From: a virus
Length of the DNA stretch: 64,000 bases
Strand: one strand, 5' to 3'
IMG/VR virus record: IMGVR_UViG_3300046463_001154
Span: 15,842 to 79,841 of that record
Shown here in pieces: positions 44,121-54,118 of this stretch; within the stretch, counting starts at the first letter, position 1; every line of letters starts with the position of its first letter. The notes beneath the pieces were generated by a model that worked only from the letters and a program-made list of their open reading frames with translations, was not told the origin of the DNA and ran no database searches. A program made the translations under genes and the position numbers.

Positions 44121-44654
44121 ATGTTTCACAAATCCAATCCAACACCCATATCCAGGACCATGGCTCTGATGTCCATGGTCTGCCCCATCTGCGACAGCGG
44201 CTTCACCCGATACGCTTCGAAGGTACGGCGATGCGATGTGTGTTGTTGTAGTCGAGCATGCTCAGCCAAGGCTCGAGAAGTTCGCATATCGGTCAGCTGC
44301 GCAGTATGCGAAAAAGAGATGGAGCTGATACCGTCAAACGTCGGTAAAGTGACCACGTGCAGCAAGAAGTGCTCTAGTCTGCGGCGCCGATCCGCGAATC
44401 CTAAAGCACAATCGTTGCGCGCTTACAAGGACGCTGTCGATCGAATCGCAGCTGGACAGTTATGCGAAAAGTGCGGAAGGAAACACGGCCCGTTTGTAGT
44501 AAAGGATCTTAAAGCAACGTTTGGAGACGATGGAGAACTGGCAATCGATGATGCTCGAGCCAAACTCTGGTGTCGTCAGTGTCACCTACAGAGCATCGCG
44601 CTGGTCGGTGGCAATGCCAACGGAGCGCGTCTCGGTGGAATTAGGAAAACGTAA
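44121..44654 (+). CDS. Cys-rich zinc-binding protein, degenerate HNH-like
   Basis: Two CxxC...CS..C repeats plus CEKCG...LWCRQCH. Confidence 0.6.
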   Translation: MFHKSNPTPISRTMALMSMVCPICDSGFTRYASKVRRCDVCCCSRACSAKAREVRISVSCAVCEKEMELIPSNVGKVTTCSKKCSSLRRRSANPKAQSLRAYKDAVDRIAAGQLCEKCGRKHGPFVVKDLKATFGDDGELAIDDARAKLWCRQCHLQSIALVGGNANGARLGGIRKT

Positions 44655-44725
44655 GACATCAAACTGAGACGGCATATCGGGAGGGTGCGAGCCCTCCCGA
44701 TATGACTTTCCTTCTTTTTTTGATT

Positions 44726-45175
44726 TCAGCGTGGCGACAAGCAGATCCGAACCCGCAACTCCAATGGGTCGAGCCACTCCACGATCAAGGGATAGACATC
44801 ATCCCATCGCAGCTTGCCTTCCCCACATCCGATCATCGGCATCGCGATAGACCGGATCTGATACTTTTCGAAATCGCGCGCGAGTCGTTTTAGACCTTCG
44901 TCGATCCAGTGAAGTCGAGATGGGTTGGCCCAATGACGCTTCGTCGGAAAGCAGACAATCAGTTTCCCGTTCTCCGCTTCCCACACAAAGAGCCCGTGGT
45001 TTGAAAACACTCGCCGGCGGCACGCATCTCGATACGCTGCTTCAAGACCTGGATACCGCAAAGCGAAGGCTCTCGCCAAACCCTTGCCCATTGTACCCAC
45101 TACGTTCACCGGCACCACCAACGCCTGACATGCCGAAGTGAAGACATCTTGCACAGATACCTGCTCGATCATCAT
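44726..45175 (-). CDS. Macro domain ADP-ribose hydrolase (DarG-macro-like)
   Basis: VNVVGTMGKGLA..F..RYP, FPTKRHW and SIAMPMIGCGEGKL.W. Confidence 0.88.
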   Translation of the reverse strand: MMIEQVSVQDVFTSACQALVVPVNVVGTMGKGLARAFALRYPGLEAAYRDACRRRVFSNHGLFVWEAENGKLIVCFPTKRHWANPSRLHWIDEGLKRLARDFEKYQIRSIAMPMIGCGEGKLRWDDVYPLIVEWLDPLELRVRICLSPR

Positions 45176-45528
45176 CCCTCCGCCATGCGCTGAATCTCAT
45201 CGACCACGTCTTCCTGCGTCTTCGCGTTGCTCTGTTGACGCTTGAGCGACATCTCTAAAACGAACCGTACGATGTCTGACGGCAGCTCAAGGAACTCCAC
45301 CAGGTTCAGACCAAAGTGCTTGTAGACTTGCCGCTCTTCGAATCGCCGAATCTGCTCGTACAGAAGACCGCCCGACGAACTATCTTCCGCCTCCCGCATC
45401 GCGACCAAAGAGAGCGCGTCATTGGGACCCGATCGCGAGTGATCGTAAATGCGGTAGGTGGTTTCGTAGCAGTCGCGCAGCGCCAGCTGCAGGTCCGAAG
45501 AATTGAGCACGGTGGGCGCGCGTTCCAT
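45172..45528 (-). CDS. Conserved phiKZ-like small protein (gp76-like)
   Basis: 118 aa; FGLNLVEFLELP; follows the gp77-like gene. Confidence 0.55.
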   Translation of the reverse strand: MERAPTVLNSSDLQLALRDCYETTYRIYDHSRSGPNDALSLVAMREAEDSSSGGLLYEQIRRFEERQVYKHFGLNLVEFLELPSDIVRFVLEMSLKRQQSNAKTQEDVVDEIQRMAEG

Positions 45529-45596
45529 TGCGGCCTTCAGTGGATTCTCTTCCTCGACGTGCTCGCCAAAGTCTGGCTGCGCGACGTGCCGCGGTC

Positions 45597-47189
45597 TTAG
45601 TTCCGGAGGGAGATCTGGCTGATTTTCTGTTCGAGCAGGGTAAAAAAAGTCTGCTCGACGTTCATCGGCAGCAGATGCGGGAAGCGCGGCAACTGGTGCT
45701 CTTCCTTCGTGTTCGCCGTCGGCGTTGCGATCACAGCCATCGTCGAATCGTTGATGTACTTCTTCACCTCGTCGAAGTACTTGCGACGAACTTCGTCGTT
45801 GCTCGACAGGTCATCGATAATCTTCTCGATGGTTTCGCGATCCACGATCGTGCCTGCGCCGGGATGAACTTCAGCCACCCAGTGGATGTACTGGCGCATG
45901 TTGGTCGCCTTGCCGTGCTGAATGATGAAGTTCGTGCGGCGCTGATCTTCCGGAGGCAACTGGAACGCTTCATCGACCACGCGCGTGATCTCGCTGATCC
46001 ACTTGTAACCCGAGAGCACGTAGTCGTTGGCCGCCGGCACCTTGAGCGTTACCGCGATATGCTCCGACAACTGAACGCGACGCGGCTGACCCAGCGTGAA
46101 CTCGGTCTTGTAACGCTTCACTGCGTCCGCCGTCATCGTGCCGCTGCCGCGATGTGCCATGTGCGAGATCTGCCACGACGTGAGCGCCTTGGTGTCGACC
46201 CAGAGCAGCTTGCCGACCGCGAGCTTCTCACGCAGCATCTTTTCCTCGTTCGTGATCGGATCGAGGTACGGGCGAGCGTATTGGAAACCACGCGGCCAGA
46301 TGGCACATGCGAGACCCCAGAACAGCAACGGCAAGTCGGGCGTTTCGATCATCGACTTGACGCGATTCATGTCCTTCTCTTGGAGCGACGTGTCGTACAC
46401 ATGTTCCATGGCGAAGTCGAGCAACGCGCCGCTGAGATAAGAAGAGGTATTCGCGAAGGCCAGGCCGTTGGTGGTCCGACCCATGACGATCTTCTCGTCG
46501 AGCATGCGACGGTTCAGTTCGAGCAGACCGATCTCGGACGGCGCCTTGACCGTGATATGGAAGCCCGAATGCCACAAGGGCACTTGGATCGTGCTGCCCA
46601 TGCCGAGCAGTGCGCGGACCTGCAGGACCGCCTTCTCACCGGTGAGCAGTTCGCCGCCGACGTTCTTGAACGACATCGCGCCCATGGCGATATTGCCGCG
46701 CTCGGACTTCACACCCTGACGCCACTCGCTGCCGGAGCGATCGACCGCGTCACGCCACTGATCTTTGTTGGGTGCGCTCATCATGCTTTCACGCATGTAG
46801 TCGACCCACTCGCGACCGCTTTCCGTATCGGTCAGATCGAGGTTCGGCATGGCGGCGATTGCGCGCGATGCACGGTCCTGCGTGTCGGCCTGGCCGATCA
46901 GGAACACGCCGTTCGTGTCCCACTCGCCATCGAGCGCGAAGAACACCTCAGCGTCCTGCTGGGTAGTTTCCGACGGCGACAAGTGACCGATGCCGGCGAT
47001 CTCCTGCTCTTCGGACTTGTCTTCAGCTTCGGCTTCCGGAGCGAACGTCGCCTCGTAGTCCGTTTCGATCGTGTCCATACCGAGGACAGGCGCGCTGTGG
47101 CTCTCGACCGCCGGAATGACCGCCGAACCGTCGATAGGCTCGGCGTGGGTGAACGATGCGTTCACCGGATGTTCTTTGTGACCACTCAC
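45597..47189 (-). CDS. Conserved core protein (phiKZ gp77-like)
   Basis: 530 aa; QVPLWHSGF, WPRGF and KLLWVD; conserved position. Confidence 0.65.
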   Translation of the reverse strand: MSGHKEHPVNASFTHAEPIDGSAVIPAVESHSAPVLGMDTIETDYEATFAPEAEAEDKSEEQEIAGIGHLSPSETTQQDAEVFFALDGEWDTNGVFLIGQADTQDRASRAIAAMPNLDLTDTESGREWVDYMRESMMSAPNKDQWRDAVDRSGSEWRQGVKSERGNIAMGAMSFKNVGGELLTGEKAVLQVRALLGMGSTIQVPLWHSGFHITVKAPSEIGLLELNRRMLDEKIVMGRTTNGLAFANTSSYLSGALLDFAMEHVYDTSLQEKDMNRVKSMIETPDLPLLFWGLACAIWPRGFQYARPYLDPITNEEKMLREKLAVGKLLWVDTKALTSWQISHMAHRGSGTMTADAVKRYKTEFTLGQPRRVQLSEHIAVTLKVPAANDYVLSGYKWISEITRVVDEAFQLPPEDQRRTNFIIQHGKATNMRQYIHWVAEVHPGAGTIVDRETIEKIIDDLSSNDEVRRKYFDEVKKYINDSTMAVIATPTANTKEEHQLPRFPHLLPMNVEQTFFTLLEQKISQISLRN

Positions 47190-47217
47190 AACAGACCTCT
47201 CTTTCTTGATTGGTGAC

Positions 47218-47919
47218 TTAGACGGTCGGCACGCCGACGACCTGACCGACGTTCTCGTCGTTGAAGGTCACATCGGTGATCTGGTTCACGTCGAGCACAG
47301 CCGGATCGACTGCGAGTTCCGGCGCATCGCCGTTGAGCTGGCCGCCTGCCGCACGAGCGCGGCCGCGTGCGAGTTCTGCCTGGTTCGTCGCTTCGAGGAT
47401 GTGATAGACCGTCGGCATAAGGACGCCGTCGTGCTTCGTCATCCACAGGTTGTACTGCTCGAAAATGTGGATCGAGTGCAGAACTTCTTCCGGATCATCG
47501 CTACCGCCGACCTTGCCCGCGTGGAGCGCGCGCAGCTTCTGCAGCTCATCGCTCAGTTGGCGCAGGTCGCTCGCGAACTGCTTCACGTTCGTCTTGAACG
47601 TGTCCTTTTCCTCGACGAAGGTCATCAGCTCGGCGTCGTTCAGCACGAGCGAGATGTCCGTGTGACGAAGCAGCATGCCCGACATCTGCTGGTAGACGCC
47701 GACGAGGTCGTCCCAGCAGGTGTTCTGCTCTTGCTGCGAGTTCGTGCCCGCACGGCATTCCGCAAGGATGCGATCGGCTGCCGACATCGTGAACGAGCCA
47801 TCCGTGTTCTTCGTCGGCTTGATCGGCTGATTCACCGCCATGCTTACCGAATGGATGGCCGGCTTGCGCTTGCCCTTTGCGATGTCGCGCTGAATGCGTG
47901 CTTGACTCTTCTTGGTCAT
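47218..47919 (-). CDS. Conserved hypothetical coiled-coil protein
   Basis: 233 aa with CAGGA RBS. Confidence 0.65.
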   Translation of the reverse strand: MTKKSQARIQRDIAKGKRKPAIHSVSMAVNQPIKPTKNTDGSFTMSAADRILAECRAGTNSQQEQNTCWDDLVGVYQQMSGMLLRHTDISLVLNDAELMTFVEEKDTFKTNVKQFASDLRQLSDELQKLRALHAGKVGGSDDPEEVLHSIHIFEQYNLWMTKHDGVLMPTVYHILEATNQAELARGRARAAGGQLNGDAPELAVDPAVLDVNQITDVTFNDENVGQVVGVPTV

Positions 47920-48078
47920 GAGTGAAACGTCCTGAAAATGTTAGTTGTACTGTTTCTGCGATCCATTATTTGACCGTTCCATTTCCCTGGCTCGATCAAA
48001 AGAGATCGGGTTGGCGTCGATGGTTTTCGCTACAGCATTAATACCGTCTGTATTTTTCTATTTCGAGACTCGCCATTT

Positions 48079-48936
48079 ATGATTGACATCTTGCGGGACT
48101 ATCTGGCGGGGGCAGCCTCGCCCGAATTCACCCAAACCATAGAAGAAGCGCACGCTGCGCTGGACGCCTTACAACTGCCGGACTATTCGGACGACTTCGT
48201 CGAGATCTTGATGACGGACGATGCGACCGACCAGGGCCAGACCGTGCAACGGATCTACGACACGACCCGAGACATTCTGGTCACCTTGCTCAAGGCGATG
48301 AGTGTCGAGCCGAATGACGAAGCGCGCGTCAGTCACCTCACGACGCTGCTCTCCGGCTTGCATGCGGTCGAGTCGTATCAGGATCCGCACATCATCCTTC
48401 AGCACTGCGCGTTGGATTTGCATCCGGAGGAGCTGCTGGCCGAGATCCTCTCTGTCACAACCAGTCACGCAGCGGAAGAGCTGCTGGTGGACATCCACGG
48501 CGTAAGTCAGCGCACGATCCAGAAGATCATCGAGATCATGAATGAGCGTGTGGAGCTCGAGGAGCCGGAGGATCACGCACCCGCTCGTCAGAAATACCTC
48601 GACGCATACCGGCAGTTCAAGGACCACATCGGCGGCCTGGACCTGGTCCTGGACCACTACATCGCGAGCGGTATGGACTTCGGCTACCCATTCATGATCT
48701 ACGCGAACCTCGTCGGTCGGGCATTCGAAGGCATGCCGGTACAGAACATCGCAGCCAATCTGGTGTCGATGGCGCTCGTATCAACGGACGGCTACGAGAA
48801 TCCGCGCAGCGTCATCAAGGCACACATCGAAGACTTCATCAACGACCTCGACATCCTGACGAAAGCCGACATTGCGATCGGTGACTTGCTTCTCAAGTGC
48901 GAGATCAAAGAGACCACAGGCATCAAACATGGATAA
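48079..48936 (+). CDS. Conserved protein upstream of the vRNAP subunit (phiKZ gp79-like)
   Basis: 285-aa acidic protein; conserved position. Confidence 0.6.
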   Translation: MIDILRDYLAGAASPEFTQTIEEAHAALDALQLPDYSDDFVEILMTDDATDQGQTVQRIYDTTRDILVTLLKAMSVEPNDEARVSHLTTLLSGLHAVESYQDPHIILQHCALDLHPEELLAEILSVTTSHAAEELLVDIHGVSQRTIQKIIEIMNERVELEEPEDHAPARQKYLDAYRQFKDHIGGLDLVLDHYIASGMDFGYPFMIYANLVGRAFEGMPVQNIAANLVSMALVSTDGYENPRSVIKAHIEDFINDLDILTKADIAIGDLLLKCEIKETTGIKHG

Positions 48937-50251
48937 GCGGACATTCTTCCTCAAGGCCATGCAGGCTGACGAGTACCGGCGACGTGCGTGGGTGATCTCA
49001 GCGTTCAGTCTGATCCGCGAAGGGATGGAGGCGTGGAAGAAAGACGCTTACCCATACCGCATCGTCCAGACACCTTCTGGACATTTCTTCGTGGATCCCG
49101 AGAAAGGCAATGCGCTGACGCTTATCGAAGACGCGGACCCGAAGGAGCCGCCGCTCAAGATCAAGGACCACATCGAGCTGAAAGAAGGTGAGATCCCGAA
49201 CGCGGCCAAGGACATCAAGACGACCTACGGGAACGTGCTGTTCAACTACACCGCACTCATCTGGCCGTTCGGCAAGAAGGTTCCTTTCGCCGAAGGTCGA
49301 GTCAGTGCGGAGAAGCTCGAGGCGTACGTCATCAAGCGGATGAGGGACGATCCGAAAACCGGTGAGCAAGCTGACACGGGCACGGGACATGACGCGCCGC
49401 TCTACGTGAGCGAGTACCTGAAGTTCTGTGACGCTATGTTCTACCTCGCTGGCTTCACGCAACTGTGCGTCCCTGCGGTGACCCGCAAGACGATGCAGGC
49501 ACCGCCTGGTCTACTCGAACTTCGCAACAAGCTGCTCGAAGAGAACAAGGACCGCTTGAACGATCCGGCTGTGATCGCCGGGATCATGAAGAAGTTGATC
49601 GAGTTCGACAAGGAATACTTGAAGGACGACGAGGGCGCTAACTTCCTCATCACGAAGAAGTCCTACGACGTCGTGCGCTCAAAGCTCTTCCTCATGCATG
49701 GTGCGGAATCGGGGCTGGGCGATGGTGTGGAAGTCGATCTCATCCAGAACTCGCTGTCGGAAGGCTGGGATATCAACAAGTTCCCTGCGATGAACAACTC
49801 GCTGCGCGCGGGCTCGTTCAACCGCGGCGCGGAAACGATGCTCGGTGGCGAAGCAGTGAAGTGGCTCTTACGCGCCTCTTCAAACATGACGGTGACCCAA
49901 GAAGACTGCGGCTCTCGTCTAGGCCTCGAAATCCACGTCGACAACGACTCGATTCACAAGCTGCCTGGCTTCTCCGTCGTCACGAGAGACGGCCACGAGA
50001 AAATCCTTGATCTGGACGCGGCCGGCAGATACATGGGCAAGAAAATTCTCTTGCGCAGCTCCATGTTTTGCAAGCTGGAGAAGACGGACTACTGCGCCGT
50101 CTGCGTGGGCGAGAAGCTCGCGCTTAGTCCGACTGCCCTCTCCGCGGCGATCGCCGAATACGGGAACATCTTCTTGCTTTTATTTATGAAGAAGATGCAC
50201 GGGACCGCGTTGCAGGTGGCTCGGATGAATTATAAGACCGCCCTTATCTAA
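48929..50251 (+). CDS. Virion RNA polymerase beta'-like subunit (phiKZ gp80-like)
   Basis: NSLSEGW, RAGSFNRGAET..GG (bridge helix), EDCGS, RS.MFC...YCAVC.G and MKKMHG. Confidence 0.88.
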   Translation: MDKRTFFLKAMQADEYRRRAWVISAFSLIREGMEAWKKDAYPYRIVQTPSGHFFVDPEKGNALTLIEDADPKEPPLKIKDHIELKEGEIPNAAKDIKTTYGNVLFNYTALIWPFGKKVPFAEGRVSAEKLEAYVIKRMRDDPKTGEQADTGTGHDAPLYVSEYLKFCDAMFYLAGFTQLCVPAVTRKTMQAPPGLLELRNKLLEENKDRLNDPAVIAGIMKKLIEFDKEYLKDDEGANFLITKKSYDVVRSKLFLMHGAESGLGDGVEVDLIQNSLSEGWDINKFPAMNNSLRAGSFNRGAETMLGGEAVKWLLRASSNMTVTQEDCGSRLGLEIHVDNDSIHKLPGFSVVTRDGHEKILDLDAAGRYMGKKILLRSSMFCKLEKTDYCAVCVGEKLALSPTALSAAIAEYGNIFLLLFMKKMHGTALQVARMNYKTALI

Positions 50252-50277
50252 CCTTCCCCCTTTAAAAGGAAAACACC

Positions 50278-51078
50278 ATGAGCGACGCTCAAGTGAACCA
50301 GCTGGACCAGCAAGACATAGCAGGCGCATCGGCGGCACCTTCGCAGGAAGCGCCGTCGACTCCCGCGATCACGCAGGAAAATGCGCAGCAGACGAGCGGC
50401 GCTGCAACCCAAGAAGACGCCGCGGCCAGCGCAGAGAAGGCCGCTGTTCAGGCGCAGGACGCAGCTGCAGCGCCTGCTTCTGGCTCGGCAACGGGATCAA
50501 TCGTGACGCCGACGCCGGTTGTCGCTCCGGCTCCGATCTCGGCTCCGGTTTCCGCAGTGCCCGCTGAGCAAGCACCGGTCGTGGCCGTTGCGGTGGTCGG
50601 TGCGAACAGCACGGCTGAAGACGTGAAGCGCCAGATCGAGAACCTGATGAAGGATGCCTCGATCCCGGCGAAGATCGTGCTCAACACGATCAACGAGTAC
50701 CTGGACAAGATGAAGCCCGGCATGCCGATCTCGGTCAAGGACGGCACGCAACAGCAAGTGAACTTCTACCAGTCACTTATTTCGGCGATCAACACCCTGG
50801 AAGCCGACTTCCGCCCGACGCTCACCGCGATCCTCGCCCTCTTCCATCACCATCGTGAAGGCGCGCTGCGCGAGACGCATGTGTTTCGCTTCGTGCAGCA
50901 CGTGCCCCTCTCGAAGGAGCATCGCAAGGGCTTCGAGAAGATCGTCACGTTGCTCAAGACGCTCGCCGATCCGAAGTCGCGCCAGGCAGTGCTGAAGCAG
51001 ATCGACTTCCAGCCGCTGCTCGAATACGGCCTGACCGAGAAGGGCCGCACACGTTTCACGGCTTACTTCGGCAAGTAA
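50278..51078 (+). CDS. Conserved hypothetical protein with an Ala/Pro-rich N-terminus
   Basis: 266 aa with AAGGA RBS. Confidence 0.7.
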   Translation: MSDAQVNQLDQQDIAGASAAPSQEAPSTPAITQENAQQTSGAATQEDAAASAEKAAVQAQDAAAAPASGSATGSIVTPTPVVAPAPISAPVSAVPAEQAPVVAVAVVGANSTAEDVKRQIENLMKDASIPAKIVLNTINEYLDKMKPGMPISVKDGTQQQVNFYQSLISAINTLEADFRPTLTAILALFHHHREGALRETHVFRFVQHVPLSKEHRKGFEKIVTLLKTLADPKSRQAVLKQIDFQPLLEYGLTEKGRTRFTAYFGK

Positions 51079-51192
51079 GCTCAGCTTCAAAAGTCGCACA
51101 TCCATCCTGTGACGACCTTCACTCCGGAGGCCCGACTTATTGGGCTTCTGGGGTGGAGGTTTAACGCCGCATACTCACAGGACTGGACCACC

Positions 51193-52014
51193 ATGAGCGC
51201 ACTGCCTCCGAATACCAACACTGCAAAAGCCAAACTTATCCAACGCGCACTGAACGAAAAGACAGGCGCGAACCTCGTTGTCGACGGGCAATTTGGTCCG
51301 AAGTCGGTGTCTGCGCTTTGCGTCTATCAGTCGAAGAACAACCTGACGGTCACCAGCCTCTATGACGCCGCGACGCAGGCCTACCTGGAGCCGTTCATCG
51401 CCCAGAAGTACCTCGGCCTTGCTGCCTATCAGGAAGCTGCCAAGCGACTCGGCGTCGACGTCGCAACGGTACAGACTGTGTGTCAGGTCGAGACCTCGGG
51501 GGCGGGCTTCCTGAACGACGGTCGCTGCACGATCCTATTCGAGCGTCACCAGCTTTACCGCACCCTGCAAACGGTGATGTCGCAGACGCAGATCAATCAG
51601 CTCGTCGCGCAGTGCCCGAACCTCGTTAATCCGGATCCGGGTGGCTACCAGGGTGGCACGCAGGAATGGGATCGCCTCACTCAAGCGGAAGCCGTGCTCC
51701 AGCAACATTGTCTGGCGCCTGGACTCGCGATGCGTTCCGCATCGTGGGGTCTTTTCCAGATCATGGGCTACCACTACATCCAGGCTGGTTACAAGACGGT
51801 CGAGGATTACGTGGCTGCAATGGCGGTCAGCGAGTCCAATCAGCTCAATGCCTTCTGCGACTTCCTCGAGGACATGAACGGCGGAGCGATGATCACAGCG
51901 CTTCGTGCCCGCGACTGGACGACGTTTGCCAATCAATACAATGGCAAGAACCAGCACATGCAGAACAACTACGACGGTCGACTCGCTGAGACTTATAAAC
52001 AGATCTTCGGCTAA
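51193..52014 (+). CDS. Modular endolysin: peptidoglycan-binding domain plus DUF3380 N-acetylmuramidase
   Basis: IQRALN...VDGQFGPKS...YQ; VETSGAGF, ILFERH, SASWGLFQIMG, FANQYNG and YDGRL. Confidence 0.88.
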   Translation: MSALPPNTNTAKAKLIQRALNEKTGANLVVDGQFGPKSVSALCVYQSKNNLTVTSLYDAATQAYLEPFIAQKYLGLAAYQEAAKRLGVDVATVQTVCQVETSGAGFLNDGRCTILFERHQLYRTLQTVMSQTQINQLVAQCPNLVNPDPGGYQGGTQEWDRLTQAEAVLQQHCLAPGLAMRSASWGLFQIMGYHYIQAGYKTVEDYVAAMAVSESNQLNAFCDFLEDMNGGAMITALRARDWTTFANQYNGKNQHMQNNYDGRLAETYKQIFG

Positions 52015-52152
52015 CATTGCGAGCGCTGTCGGTACGATGAAACGAAATAAAAGCCCGGGCGACGGCCCGGGCCTTTATGTCTGCGCTCTTTTATTTAGCG
52101 CTTTAGGTAAGAGTCTTGCAGAAGCGGCGAACTACCGGGAGTCAGGTTCGAC

Positions 52153-52180
52153 TTGACGTCTGGTGCCTCTCCACTAACCT
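52153..52180 (+). promoter_or_regulatory. Candidate host sigma70 promoter for the lipoprotein gene
   Basis: TTGACG-N16-TAACCT. Confidence 0.4.
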
Positions 52181-52224
52181 GTTATCAGTAGAGGCACGCC
52201 CTTAACTGAGCGTCGAGGTCAGCG

Positions 52225-54030
52225 ATGAAAGCCCGGTTCATCCTTTTATGCGCTGCTGCGGCGATGATTGTTGCCGTTGTGGGCTGCGGTGGCGACCACG
52301 ATAATAGTGGCGGGAGCTCAAGCGGGAGCGGCTCCACAACAACGACGCCGAGCGCGACGACTACCACGGCGTCGATTGCTGCCTCCGTCCCCCCCGCTAC
52401 AACGAAGCTAATTACGAATATTTCGTCGTCGGATGCTGATTACGTCCCCGGGTCGCCTCTGCCACTCCAGGTAGATGGAACCGTGCCGTTTCTGATCGCC
52501 GGCGATTCGTCAGGTAACCCCTATCTTCTCTCGCTTGGGAGCGCCGACGGGGTACTTGACCGCACGAGTACGGTCGTCGCCATGGTACGGATTGCGCTCG
52601 ACCTCGCGGCCGTCCCCGCAGGCTTGACAGCCGACCAAATAACGAAAGTAATCCAATCCTCTTCTCAGTTCCAGGCCTTGTCCGAAAGCGCACAGCGGGA
52701 CCTAGAAGCCGGCATTTCACCGTTGTCCGACAATAAAACCGCTAACGCGGCATGGGCGGTAGCACTTGATGCCAGTGCAGCAATTGCATCTTCGTTAACT
52801 GCAAAGACAAATCCGGTTGCCAAGACCCTGGACACGACCACACTCGTCACTACGCCACTACCGTTCTATCTTCTCAATGGAACAGAACCGTTTTCGAAGA
52901 TTTGGCTGACGGACGCCGGACAGAATAACGTTACGGTCAACAATGATACCTTTATTACCTGGGCAGTTTATACCGACGTACGCGTGCCGACTAACATCCC
53001 GCCCTTGCAAAGTACGGTGGGTCAGCTTTTTGCGTACTACGGTGGTAGCGCGTCGACAACACTTGTGAAAGGGCAACCGCCAAGTTTCAAGCTTAATCTA
53101 GTTCAAAGCCCCGTGACACGACGCATCAACGGCGTCGCAGCGTTTGTCAAATACATGCTTTTTCTATATTCAAGCACCGCTAAGCTCTATCCAAAACCGG
53201 AAGTGACGAAGTGCGTCGTATCAGTGGCGGAGCGAGTGTTCAATGATCAATTCCCAAGCTTTGTCGTCCAGCCTAGCGGGACTACCGCCGGGGCGTACTT
53301 CGCACGCGTCTTGCCGATCAGTGCTACCGGCAGCGCACCATACAAACAGTTCGCCTCTTGCGGGCTCCTGCCGTCCTTCAGTACGCTGTTTGCCTCCTAT
53401 GCAAGCAAGGTCTGGCCGACCCTAAATGTGGGTGGGTTCGTGGTTAAGGCATGGACCGCACTTACCGTCGCGCAAGGACTTGTAAGCACTGTAGGTGCCG
53501 TGGCCCAGACGTTCGCATACTGGGACGAGGCAGATTCGTTCGTTGTATGCAACGGCAACGGAAGCGTCGTAAACTGCGCCGCTGCATCTGTCACGAGCAC
53601 CAGTTGCACAAAGATCGCCGACAACGTCGATGTATCCAGTGGGTTCGGCGCTGGGAAGTGGGGACCGACATACAGCATAAAGGTCGAAGGACGCGGAACC
53701 GGACAGGCGACTGGCGATCAGCTTATGCCTTTTCTCAACAAATTCCCGGGATGCAATGGCTGCGCCGGACCGGGCGGCGCCCTGTCGTGTTCTGCCGGAT
53801 GGCAAGCGACACCTGCAGGTACTGGCTCTCCGAGTTGTACGTTGACGGCTGGCGCTTCCTCACTCACCTACACGTTTTCAGAAACGTTCAGCAACGTCGT
53901 CGGAGACGCAACCCCCCCACAATCGTTCCGTGCTTGTATTACTCACAACAACGAATCCTACATATGGTACGGCGGTAATGCGGTGGGAGATCGGGATTCT
54001 TGTACTACAGTTTCGCTCGATTGCCATTGA
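52225..54030 (+). CDS. Large Cys-rich lipoprotein (moron-like)
   Basis: Lipobox VVGC-GG, Ser/Thr linker, atypical codon usage, terminator hairpins on both sides. Confidence 0.75.
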   Translation: MKARFILLCAAAAMIVAVVGCGGDHDNSGGSSSGSGSTTTTPSATTTTASIAASVPPATTKLITNISSSDADYVPGSPLPLQVDGTVPFLIAGDSSGNPYLLSLGSADGVLDRTSTVVAMVRIALDLAAVPAGLTADQITKVIQSSSQFQALSESAQRDLEAGISPLSDNKTANAAWAVALDASAAIASSLTAKTNPVAKTLDTTTLVTTPLPFYLLNGTEPFSKIWLTDAGQNNVTVNNDTFITWAVYTDVRVPTNIPPLQSTVGQLFAYYGGSASTTLVKGQPPSFKLNLVQSPVTRRINGVAAFVKYMLFLYSSTAKLYPKPEVTKCVVSVAERVFNDQFPSFVVQPSGTTAGAYFARVLPISATGSAPYKQFASCGLLPSFSTLFASYASKVWPTLNVGGFVVKAWTALTVAQGLVSTVGAVAQTFAYWDEADSFVVCNGNGSVVNCAAASVTSTSCTKIADNVDVSSGFGAGKWGPTYSIKVEGRGTGQATGDQLMPFLNKFPGCNGCAGPGGALSCSAGWQATPAGTGSPSCTLTAGASSLTYTFSETFSNVVGDATPPQSFRACITHNNESYIWYGGNAVGDRDSCTTVSLDCH

Positions 54031-54118
54031 GCACGCTAGGGCGAGGATATACGCGACTCTGATCATAGGGCCCTCTCCCGCAAGGGAGAGGGTTTATGTT
54101 CACTCTTCCGTTTTTGGT

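Noticed and set aside
32746-45175. Integrative element or transposon explaining the island
   Set aside because: No integrase, transposase, terminal inverted repeats or att-like direct repeats were seen by eye; the boundaries look blended.
5145-52188. TTATCAG in several intergenic regions (5147, 26804, 26822, 42516, 52182) as a repressor operator
   Set aside because: It is only a 7-mer and also occurs inside coding regions (near 688, 3321, 17862), so enrichment is not shown.
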